Made by a program: the position numbers and the translations under genes
The notes under the pieces: generated by a model
Databases searched by the model: none
What the model saw: only the letters and a program-made list of their open reading frames with translations
Told to the model about the DNA's origin: nothing
Shown here: positions 32,501 to 37,188 of the stretch, one piece after another
Position numbering within the stretch: the stretch's first letter is position 1
How the letters are laid out: the number at the start of each line of letters is the position of its first letter
Source of the DNA: Crocinitomicaceae bacterium
Lineage (GTDB): Bacteria > Bacteroidota > Bacteroidia > Flavobacteriales_D > Crocinitomicaceae
Assembly: GCA_040379705.1 (NCBI GenBank)
Contig: JBEIKR010000001.1
Span: forward strand, 13,973 to 77,972
DNA length: 64,000 nucleotides
Direction of reading: 5' to 3'

Positions 32501-33715
32501 ACTAGCCGCTGGTCCTTGTCCTACACTAATCAAACCAGCTGCAGAGGGTTGAGGTTGAACGGAACATGGGTTTTGAGTAATTACTGAGGGTTGAAAAACA
32601 TTGTAATACGTAACGCCAGAGATATTGACATTACTTCCACAGGAAGTGGTTGTAAATGTGTGTTGCAATGTAGCTGGGAAATTCGGATGGGTGTAAACTT
32701 CAGAAGGCGATCCATCGCCCCAATTCACTGTGTATGTCGTACCATTCACATTCGTAGAAGGCACATAAAAATTGTATTCTGTGGCATGTGGAACACACCC
32801 ATTCGCTTGATTAATGAACAATGCTAAACTTGCAGGCGAAGGGGAGCTACCAACAAAGACAGGATAAGTTTTCGTCAAAACACACCCACTTGTTAGCGTG
32901 ACATTTATGATTAAACTATACCCGCCTGGAGAATAAGCATATGATTGCAGGGCACTCCAGTTGCTGCTGTTGAGGCTCACAGAAGTTCCATCACCCCAAT
33001 TGACTGTGACGGATTGTACCGTACTCTGATTTGAGGGAAGGTTAATGTTGAACGCGATTAAACCCGTTAACTCGCCATCTTGAAGACAATAGGACAATTG
33101 ATTTTGAGCATTAAAAAACCCACTAGAAATTGAAACGCTTCCTACTGAAATATTTACGGTATCACTTGCTTCACACGCCCCCGCAGAGGCACTGACAATA
33201 TAATTCCCTGAATTGTTAGGTTGTGCATTATTGATGGTTGGGTCCGCTTGAGAACTATTGTAGTTATTCGGTCCGTCCCAGTCATAATCAACAGTCCCAC
33301 TGGGGTTTCCAATGATCGTTGAATTAAAATTAATGGGGCTTCCAGGACAAATGACCATATCTGGGCCTGCATTAATGGAAAAGCCGTTTGTTACAATCAG
33401 ATCCATGTCATTTGAATCAAAACAATCTGGATCAGAACCCGAAAATACAAACACCTCATACGTTCCTGCCATATTTGCCGTGGCCGGACCTAAATTTAAT
33501 ACAGGACCAGAGGTTGATAGCGTATCACCATTTGGGCCAATCCATACAAAGTCTGGATTTTGCCCAACACCCTGAACATTTATTGCCGTCAAAATAACAT
33601 TCGATCCCGAACATACAATTTGGTCGGGCAGACCTACATTCGCATTGCAGCCACCTTGAGCATTTAGGTTCAAGGTAAATAATACGAGGGTCATAAATGA
33701 AAGAACTAGTCTCAT
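20573..33715 (-). CDS. giant (4380 aa) T9SS type B sorting-domain cell-surface repeat protein, a possible SprB-like adhesin
   Basis: It is a single uninterrupted 13,143-nt ORF with signal peptide MRLVLSFMTLVLFTLNLNAQ. It contains N-terminal PKD-like modules (NWGDG), 25 YQW modules, 6 NNPSIGL-type modules, 4 (plus 1 N-terminal) SW..T.N.N..GE modules and 3 PKD domains. The C-terminus is YVPNSFTPNNDGTNDIF...FNRWGEQVF...WDG...DGVYTWKI. Confidence 0.9.
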   Translation of the reverse strand: MRLVLSFMTLVLFTLNLNAQGGCNANVGLPDQIVCSGSNVILTAINVQGVGQNPDFVWIGPNGDTLSTSGPVLNLGPATANMAGTYEVFVFSGSDPDCFDSNDMDLIVTNGFSINAGPDMVICPGSPINFNSTIIGNPSGTVDYDWDGPNNYNSSQADPTINNAQPNNSGNYIVSASAGACEASDTVNISVGSVSISSGFFNAQNQLSYCLQDGELTGLIAFNINLPSNQSTVQSVTVNWGDGTSVSLNSSNWSALQSYAYSPGGYSLIINVTLTSGCVLTKTYPVFVGSSPSPASLALFINQANGCVPHATEYNFYVPSTNVNGTTYTVNWGDGSPSEVYTHPNFPATLQHTFTTTSCGSNVNISGVTYYNVFQPSVITQNPCSVQPQPSAAGLISVGQGPAASFTNSSSYICVGSSVNFTNTSFFGWTLPTANGASCVSTSPFYWTITPNTPATLWTLTSGSLGANPLNSNSQATWTVGSNALSVLFNTPGEYTVTLRVKNPCGNSVFTKTICVYAPVACGFTTSPTSGCSPLTVATTNTTVVPTCQGTPIPMSYVWTVTNPTGGTSTITSTTAVNPNITFTNTSNIPKTFIVSLTATPLNSATLLPLTTCASTCTQTVIVNPLPVMLPVGVTSCSSLPLAVALTSNMSATYSWSATSNTNVSGESTTPQSTNTITDILTNLTTVPQVVTYNVTPTSLLGCVGPTQTVTATLNVVSPGTISSDQLICPGGNPAILTGTAPVGAGIVSYQWQSSTNNVTWVDIAGATLATYDPPVTSTVIYYRRIVIYTSNNVACNAISNVVTITINAISSGTIAASQTICPGEDPIILSTVTPAAGSGSISYQWQTSTTSSTTGYADITGQTGTSYDPPATSVTTYYQLIATSTLNGLSCPLATAPITISVISINPGVIAASQTICTGGDPAAFTVTTAASGPGVLTYQWQSSTDNITWTNISNANAATYDPPVATATIYYRRIVISTLNNISCQLISNVLTITVLPDPTITVQPTAAQTICVGGTISSPLSISYTGSVGTASYQWYSVSGATNTLIPSATASTYSPPSYAAAGTFNYFVTVSSTGNGCNAISSANAQVVVIADPTLTGLVNASYCQNSSTVVPLSITVNGGTGTPTYQWYSNAANNNTTGTLIAGATSSTFTPPVSALGTIYYYCIVNQGSNCNATSAVASVLVTSQPTITAQPLATQTLCVGGVPTNLSVTLAGGTGTPSYQWYSNTVNSTVGGTLITGATAATFTPPVATAGTTYYYCVITYPLSGCSVFTSAIGTVILNADPVISTQPLASQTICVGGTIAPAFTVSATGGLGTFSYQWLLNGASISGATLATYTPPTFNTAGTFNYTVNVAQTGNGCSTATSQQAQVVVVADPILTAPIAASYCQNSSTVVPLSVTATGGIPSAYSYQWYSNAANNNTTGTLIAGATSSTYTPSVATIGTFYYYCIVSQGSNCSTSSSTASIIVTGQPTVSVQPLTTQTVCVGGVPTTITMTLAGGTGTPSYQWYSNTTNSNTGGTLIAGATSITYVPPTTTAGTFYYYCVVTYPISGCSTITTAVATVNVVGLPVIATQPLASQTICVGGTISPALSVTYTGGTGTATYQWYTVVGATNTPIAGATASTYTPPTFATAGTYTYIVRVTLSGSGCSFVQSQQAQVIVLADPTVTAPVGASYCQNATPVAPLSVTASGGIASAYTYQWYSNAANNNTTGTLIAGATNSTFTPVVATVGTVYYYCIVSQGSNCSVNSATAAIVTTPGPTFTTNPLATQSICLGGTPAPLTVAYTNGTGAPSYQWFSNTVNSTAGATAIVGATSATFTPPGNTLGTLYYFCTITFATGGCSQIASAIATVNVNTVQSISLQPIASQTICVGGSISPALTVNYTDGAGTATYQWYSVVGATNTLIAGATAASYTPPVFATAGTFNYIVRVTLNGNGCGFVQSTNAQIIVVADPTVSAPVAATYCQNATPVTPLSVNPTGGIATAYSYQWYSNAVNNNTTGTLIVGATSNTFTPSVATVGTVYYYCIVSQGSNCSVNSATAAIVTTASPTITTQPLVTQTLCVGGTATALTVVYSGGAGIPSYQWYSNTVNSLVGATAITGANAISYTPPSTVSGTTYYFCTISLVSSGCPLVTSNIATVIINPDPTISIQPLATQTICVGGSISPALTASYSGGAGTPSYQWYSVVGATNTLISGATAATYTPPVFNTAGTFNYIIRVTLSGNGCGNVDSQTAQVVVVSDPTVSAPISASYCQNATPITPLSVSASGGLTSSYSYQWYSNTVNNNTTGTIIAGATNNTYTPPVATIGTVYYYCLVSQGSNCSTASAVATIQVTAGPTITTQPTASQTLCVGGTATALSVIYTNGSGSPAYQWFSNTTNSTVGATAIVGATSATYTPSTLTSGTTYYFCVISFAVSGCSSITSSIATVIINPDPTISVEPIASQTICVGGTIASALTANYIGGAGTPSYQWYSVVGATNTLITGATAVTYTPPVFNTAGTFNYIIRVTLSGNGCGSVDSQTAQIVVVSDPTVSAPVSAAYCQNATPTPLSIVASGGLTTSYSYQWYSNTVNNNTTGSLIAGATNNTYTPPVGTIGTVYYYCLVSQGSNCSTASAVASIQVTAGPTITTQPTASQTLCVGGTATALSVIYTNGTGSPAYQWFSNTANSTVGATAIVGATSATYTPSTLTSGTTYYFCVISFATGGCSSITSSIATVIINPDPTISIQPLATQTICVGGSISPALTASYTGGTGTPSYQWYSVVGATNTLISGATSATYTPPVFNTAGTFNYIIRVTLSGNGCGNVDSQTAQVVVVSDPTVSAPIGGVYCQNASTVTPLSVNVTGGTGTANYQWYSNTTNSNTGGTLISGATLSTYTPPVAVIGTMYYYCVVSQGTNCGSTSLAAAVQVAPLAIISNQPIPSQIICSGGTLTPLAVTSTGNPSSPNYQWYSNSTNSTTGGTLIVGATSNTYTPSNALIGTTYYYCEIYFSSGCVSLISQISEVIVNDDPTITSQPLISQTVCSGNTIAVPLTASYSGGLGTASYQWFTSTGGVVSPIPGATSSSYTPPAISIPGTFNFLIGISLNGNGCDVATSDLAELIVTSGPSVSPINSLSLCNTYTTSEVIFSGTIPGTTFDWTNNNPSIGLSATGNGNILPFTATNNGTIPISSTVTVIPTVTISGASCQGLPQTFTITVNPFQNVNDPSDIVACNGATVPTIGFTGSGSIYNWTNNTPSIGVGASGSNSISSFTAINAGNVPIVSTFTVTPGFNGSSTCPGDVETFTITVLPTPIVNDIPDQTVCDGNMVSALNFSGLATSYNWTNNVPSIGISANGSGAINNFSAVNASNSAILATINVVPAYSSGNTTCLGNSESIGITVLPTPALAQPQNIVVCNGSPTGNIVFSGNTGSFAWTNNDPSIGIGSSGTGSIPSFAATNPSSVPIVATITVVPSNSLNGTNCAGQSKTFTITINPTPSVSDPTDQVVCHQTATLPITFSGNATSYAWNNSLPSIGLAGTGIGSIASFNGNNLLSNPVTAALTVTPQYLNAGLTCYGTPQNFTITVDPIPTVQYSIPSQIICSDESTLPVTISSATAGAIISWDVVTIPAFISGVPNTSGGSVIQSMTLNNSSVNAEIVQFQGTAITSSQAACVGTGSIYSITVNPLPNIPPISDFTLCNNGSVNVSLTADINSTFSWLATNNANVNGETLIPFNSPTVSNTLQNNGTVIEYVTYTVTPTSSPQGCQGSPVDFMVEVIPDVNLISPITYEICSDEYTNIALQANVTSTFTWVAQDNPNISGESLILQNGNFINDQLINTTTLDQFVTYLVTPTSSPLACPGITKAINVLVHPSVRLSNLDSLTICSEGNVSLNLQGTENAVFSWYATNNGIVQGETTVSQSSDLINDLLINNSTTQQEVVYNIEATSILTGCTSSNIPVWVFVNPLPILQHSDVTICSGQIVNYNLISNIPSTYTWSAAQNSSVVGESISTQTSSVIDDELVNLSNVTQTVVYTVTPSAAGCVGPSNNINVQVTQAPNIGFTVANSPLCVQSLLDITNTSSPTLDFVWTFGDGGTSTDPTPLYSYNAPGTYTITLNAVDLQSNCSGVATETVTILGSPTVDFDVSDTAGCVSMYVTFTDLVNAPNTSVLWDFGDGQISNQVGAIDHQYLQAGCYDVTLTITNTAGCAVSVTQSEMVCAYDNPNAMFYVNNDTVFTTATEVLFTNQSTNAYSYLWDFSDGTTSLAIDPAHTFPEVPLDYVVTLYAYNEAGCYDTMMLTVTVFEELIYYVPNSFTPNNDGTNDIFLPTMTSGFDRDSYELIIFNRWGEQVFSTKDPDTGWDGSLYNAGLSSASDAVQDGVYTWKIRCTGLQNELANEYVGHVVLLK
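24400..31575 (-). repeat. Intragenic tandem array of 25 about 96-aa YQW modules, the central 21 forming seven A-B-C triplets with an 861-864 bp period
   Basis: I counted 25 occurrences of YQW(Y/F/Q/L) in the protein. At DNA level GGATCTGAAACAAC.. recurs at 25260, 26121 and 26985. Positions 25755-25849 are identical to 26616-26710 (95 nt). Confidence 0.9.
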
Positions 33716-33724
33716 AGTAGTATT

Positions 33725-34240
33725 TTAATATCGGATTGCAAATATATCAGAAGCGAATTGATTTTTTTTTCTGCGATCATTATTACTTCTCAAAGGATAA
33801 TCGCCTGCATAGAATTTTTCAGCAAAAGAAAAAAAAGCATTCAGATCAAAAGCCCTCCAAGTAAATTGTGTTTTTATTTCGATCTGGGGATTAAATCTGG
33901 AAGAAAATGCAGCATCTAAACCATCAAATCGTTGTTCACATAATGCTGGGTTTTGAAGCTTTGGGATGAATAGGCAATTGATTGCGTATCTATGGAATTG
34001 TCGAACGACAGAATTATGGATATTTTTTCTATTTTTCATAGATAGAAAATGAAAACTGGCCATGTCAGACTGCTTAGTATAAGTGATAATACTATCTTGA
34101 TCACTCCATAACAATTTTTGGAAGTATGACATCAATGATGCTTTTTTATCGCAAATAACTGTAATTAAACTATTTACGAGGTGATTTTCTTTAAGAAAAC
34201 TCCTTCTATTCAAATTCCATGTATCCACAAGATTTAGCAC
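33725..34240 (-). CDS. hypothetical protein, AT-rich, coding status uncertain
   Basis: A 171-codon ORF with a GTG start ends 9 nt upstream of the giant gene's ATG. I see no recognisable motif. Spot counts of several 60-nt lines give about 30-33% GC. Confidence 0.3.
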   Translation of the reverse strand: MLNLVDTWNLNRRSFLKENHLVNSLITVICDKKASLMSYFQKLLWSDQDSIITYTKQSDMASFHFLSMKNRKNIHNSVVRQFHRYAINCLFIPKLQNPALCEQRFDGLDAAFSSRFNPQIEIKTQFTWRAFDLNAFFSFAEKFYAGDYPLRSNNDRRKKNQFASDIFAIRY

Positions 34241-34495
34241 CTTGCAAAAATAGTCAAAATCATAAAACGTATTGAATACAAAGCCTTTAAGAATACATTA
34301 ATTTCGTGATGGTCGAGAAGCGAAGTGAATCAACATGGTGTGCTGTTCTCTTCGCCGAGGCTTATTCACCTTGGCTCTTTTTTCGTGGTCCAAAGGTCTG
34401 AAATATCGAACTTGTTGAAGGAGGATGTGAATGAAATGAGAAATCTTAAAGACTAAAGACCATATCACATCAACTAATGAAATTTGGACTACCTT

Positions 34496-34503
34496 TAAGT
34501 TTG
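34496..34503 (+). promoter_or_regulatory. candidate Bacteroidota -7 promoter box (TAnnTTTG) for the fic gene
   Basis: TAAGTTTG lies 14 nt upstream of the ATG at 34517. This is a motif match only. Confidence 0.3.
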
Positions 34504-34516
34504 TTATTTTCCATTT

Positions 34517-35398
34517 ATGAATAGCTCAAAAATATCCATTCGTTTTTTTAATGACCGCGAAGTCCGTGCCGTTTGGGATGAAGAAAATACAAATTGGAAA
34601 TTTAGTGTGTTGGATATCGTTTCAGTGTTAAATGATGAGGTTGATTACGCTAAAAACAGGAACTATTGGAAATATCTCAAAGCCAAGCTCAAGAAAGAGG
34701 GAAGTCAGTTGGTTAGTACCACTAACCAACTCAAACTTCAAGCGGCTGATGGCAAGAAATACAACACGGATGTTTTGGACAGTGAAGGAGTGGTCTTGTT
34801 AGCGAAAAGTTTTCCAAATAATCGAGCACTAAAATTTCTAGATTGGTTCTTATACAGTGATAATAGTCTTGACGGTCAAAGTAAGAAAAAGGCATATACA
34901 TTATTTGAAGGAAATTTACTCGAAAACATCGAGGTCGGAACCTCAAAGGGATTGCAGCAAATTCATGCCTATTTATTTGGAGGCCTTTACGAATTTGCAG
35001 GTCAAATCCGTCAAAAAAACATTTCTAAAGGAGGCTTTCAATTTGCCAATGCCAGATTCCTGGATGATACATTAAAACGGATAGAACAAATGTCAGAGAG
35101 CAACTTCGATGAAATCGTTGACAAATACGTTGAAATGAATGTTGCGCATCCGTTCATGGAAGGAAACGGTCGAAGCAGTCGGATTTGGTTGGATTTAATG
35201 CTGAAAAAGAATATTCAAAAATGTGTAGATTGGAGTAAAATAGGCAAAATCGAGTATATGGAGGCAATGCGCGCCAGTACAACAGAAAGCAGTTTATTGA
35301 GGGATTTGTTGATGAATGCTTTAACAAAACAAATCAATGATCGAGAGCTTTTTATGAAAGGAATCGACTATTCCTACTACTATGAGGAAAATAATTAG
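34517..35398 (+). CDS. Bro-N domain / Fic (filamentation induced by cAMP) fusion protein, a putative AMP-transferase
   Basis: The N-terminus FNDREVRAVWDEENTNWKFSVLDIVSVL...DSEGVVLLAKSFPNNRALKFLDW is a Bro-N-like pattern. The C-terminal core carries the canonical Fic motif HPFMEGNGRSSR (HPFx[D/E]GNGRxxR). Confidence 0.85.
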   Translation: MNSSKISIRFFNDREVRAVWDEENTNWKFSVLDIVSVLNDEVDYAKNRNYWKYLKAKLKKEGSQLVSTTNQLKLQAADGKKYNTDVLDSEGVVLLAKSFPNNRALKFLDWFLYSDNSLDGQSKKKAYTLFEGNLLENIEVGTSKGLQQIHAYLFGGLYEFAGQIRQKNISKGGFQFANARFLDDTLKRIEQMSESNFDEIVDKYVEMNVAHPFMEGNGRSSRIWLDLMLKKNIQKCVDWSKIGKIEYMEAMRASTTESSLLRDLLMNALTKQINDRELFMKGIDYSYYYEENN

Positions 35399-35420
35399 AT
35401 TAACTTCTAATCAATTGATA

Positions 35421-35650
35421 TCGCGAGAGAGAAGAAAAACTAGAGTGGAGTGAACCGCTCTCGCTTTTCACTTTTAGCCCTGAGTCTATCGAAGGGTCAC
35501 TCTGTTTTGGTGGGCCAAAGGTCGGAAATATCGAACTTTTTGAGGGATTTACAAGAAGTAATTGAAGTGTGAGGTTGAGTGCGAGAGTGACGAAAAACAT
35601 AGTGGAGTGAACCGCTCTCGCTTTTCACTCTCACTCTGTTTTGGTGGTCC
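35421..35650. repeat. Direct repeats of the tRNA 3'-flanking sequence
   Basis: GCGAGAG(A/T)GA(A/C)GAAAAAC(T/A)..AGTGGAGTGAACCGCTCTCGCTTTTCACT....CACTCTGTTTTGGTGG(G/T)CC occurs at about 35423-35516 and about 35581-35650. The second copy runs into the last 9 nt of the tRNA. A third partial copy is at 34375-34424. Confidence 0.8.
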
Positions 35651-35718
35651 CACACAGGCTCGAACTGTGGACCCACAGATTATGAGTCTGTTGCTCTAAC
35701 CAACTGAGCTATAGGACC
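35642..35718 (-). tRNA. tRNA with anticodon CAT (elongator Met or lysidine-modified Ile2), CCA encoded
   Basis: The reverse complement is GGTCCTATAGCTCAGTTGGTTAGAGCAACAGACTCATAATCTGTGGGTCCACAGTTCGAGCCTGTGTGGGACCACCA. It has a 7-bp acceptor stem (GGTCCTA/TGGGACC with G-U pairs), a D-arm AGCTCAGTTGGTTAGAGC, an anticodon stem ACAGA/TCTGT with loop CTCATAA, and a T-arm CACAG TTCGAGC CTGTG. Confidence 0.9.
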
Positions 35719-35912
35719 ATGTTGCTAAACGACGCAACGGTTAATTATGTCTGGTCCTATGGCGAAGTTGCCTGTTCCGCTTTTACGCAGTAAATGCGGA
35801 AAGCTATAGGACCATGTTGCTAAACGACGCAACGGTTAATTATTTCAATTGTCCTATTAGCGAAATTGCCTGTTCCGCTTTTACGAAGTGAATGCGGAAA
35901 GCTATAGAACCA
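35707..35912. repeat. Tandem 95-98 bp repeats upstream of the tRNA, each beginning with the tRNA's first 12-13 nt
   Basis: AGCTATAGGACCATGTTGCTAAACGACGCAACGGTTAATTAT...GCCTGTTCCGCTTTTACG(C/A)AGT(A/G)AATGCGGAA starts at 35707 and 35802. A truncated third start, AGCTATAGAACCA, is at 35900. Confidence 0.85.
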
Positions 35913-36051
35913 AGAAAAAACCAACGTCTTTTCGCTTGCAAATATACGATTCAAATGAAAATTGACAACCCTAAAGGTGAATAAAACAACAGACAACCCT
36001 ATGATCGCTATTCCCCAAGCGAAAACAATCCATATTCCCTATCTTTGTCAC

Positions 36052-37071
36052 ATGTCGCGCTTCACAGATCAATGGAACATCTTACGTCACCTCAATGTGC
36101 GGCGCATAGCAAATTTTTGTGTGTTAAGGATTTCCTATCAGATGTCGCGCATCCTGAAGAGACCCATGCACCTGGGAAAGGCTTTCACGCTATCCATCGA
36201 ACCGACAACAGCCTGTAATCTTGGGTGTCCTGAATGTCCAAGCGGACTGAAACAATTTACTCGACCAACGGGAAAGTTGAACCTTGATCTGCACCGCAAA
36301 ATGCTCGAGCAAGTTGGAAAGCACGTGTTTTACATCAATTACTATTTTCAAGGCGAACCTTTTCTGCATCCACAATTTTTGGAGATTATTCGCGATGCCA
36401 AAAAGCTCCGCATCTATACTGCGACTTCTACCAATGCGCATTTCATCGACCGAAAAAAAGCAGATGAAATTATTCACTCTGGACTTGATCGACTCATCAT
36501 CTCGATTGACGGTCTGACTCAAAAAACCTATGAAAATTACCGTGTGCATGGCGAACTTGCCAAGGTGATCGAAGCAACAAAACACCTCATCGCGGCAAAA
36601 AAAGAGAAGAAATCGACGACCCCGCACCTCATCTTTCAGTTCTTGGCCGTGAAACCTAATGAACATGAAATTCCTGCCGTGTTTTCGCTAGGCAGTGAGC
36701 TGGGGATTGACGAAGTTCGCATCAAGACCGCTCAATTGTACGACTATAAAAACGGCAACACATTGATGCCTACCAATGAAAAATATGCGCGGTACCGTTT
36801 ACAATCTGACGGGACCTATGCCTTGAAATACAAAACAGGCAATCACTGCTGGCGCATGTGGTCGGGAAGTGTGTTGACATGGGATGGAAAGGTTGTGCCG
36901 TGTTGTTTCGATAAAGATGCCCAGCACGTGCTAGGTACGCTCGAAAACACCGACTTCAATACCGTTTGGAAAAGTCAACCCTACAGGGCTTTTCGACATG
37001 CTATCCTTACCGGCAGAAACGACATCGATATTTGTAAAAACTGTTCCGAAGGAGCTAAAGTTTGGGCATAA
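36052..37071 (+). CDS. radical SAM enzyme with a C-terminal SPASM/twitch-type Cys cluster
   Basis: It has the CNLGCPEC (CxxxCxxC) radical SAM cluster motif and YFQGEPFLHP. The C-terminus is W.GKVVPCCFDKD...GTLEN..F..VW.....CKNC. The start is uncertain: ATG at 36052 or 36001, or the tracked TTG at 35962. Confidence 0.8.
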   Translation: MSRFTDQWNILRHLNVRRIANFCVLRISYQMSRILKRPMHLGKAFTLSIEPTTACNLGCPECPSGLKQFTRPTGKLNLDLHRKMLEQVGKHVFYINYYFQGEPFLHPQFLEIIRDAKKLRIYTATSTNAHFIDRKKADEIIHSGLDRLIISIDGLTQKTYENYRVHGELAKVIEATKHLIAAKKEKKSTTPHLIFQFLAVKPNEHEIPAVFSLGSELGIDEVRIKTAQLYDYKNGNTLMPTNEKYARYRLQSDGTYALKYKTGNHCWRMWSGSVLTWDGKVVPCCFDKDAQHVLGTLENTDFNTVWKSQPYRAFRHAILTGRNDIDICKNCSEGAKVWA

Positions 37072-37188
37072 AGCTTCTCAACTGGAGAATGTACAAGACT
37101 CGTTGGCAACAAACGGTGAGATAATAAATGTAAATCCTAAAGTAAGTCATGAATTTAGTACCTTTAAGCTGCTAATTCTGCATCTACT

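Noticed and set aside
35400-35600. 66-aa ORF on the minus strand between fic and the tRNA
   Set aside because: It lies wholly within the duplicated tRNA-trailer repeats. Its translation is repeat-derived and it has no ribosome-binding context.
33725-35718. Complete integrative element or prophage at the tRNA
   Set aside because: There is no integrase, excisionase, transposase or phage structural gene anywhere in the window. Only the direct repeats and the AT-rich fic patch are present, so at most it is a remnant.
36190-36666. 158-aa ORF antisense to the radical SAM gene, and similar antisense or alternate-frame ORFs at 9582-10085, 10723-11172, 2822-3235, 7468-7842, 31707-32048 and 37895-38251
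   Set aside because: All are nested in longer ORFs that carry clear family motifs. None has a motif of its own. They are expected by chance.
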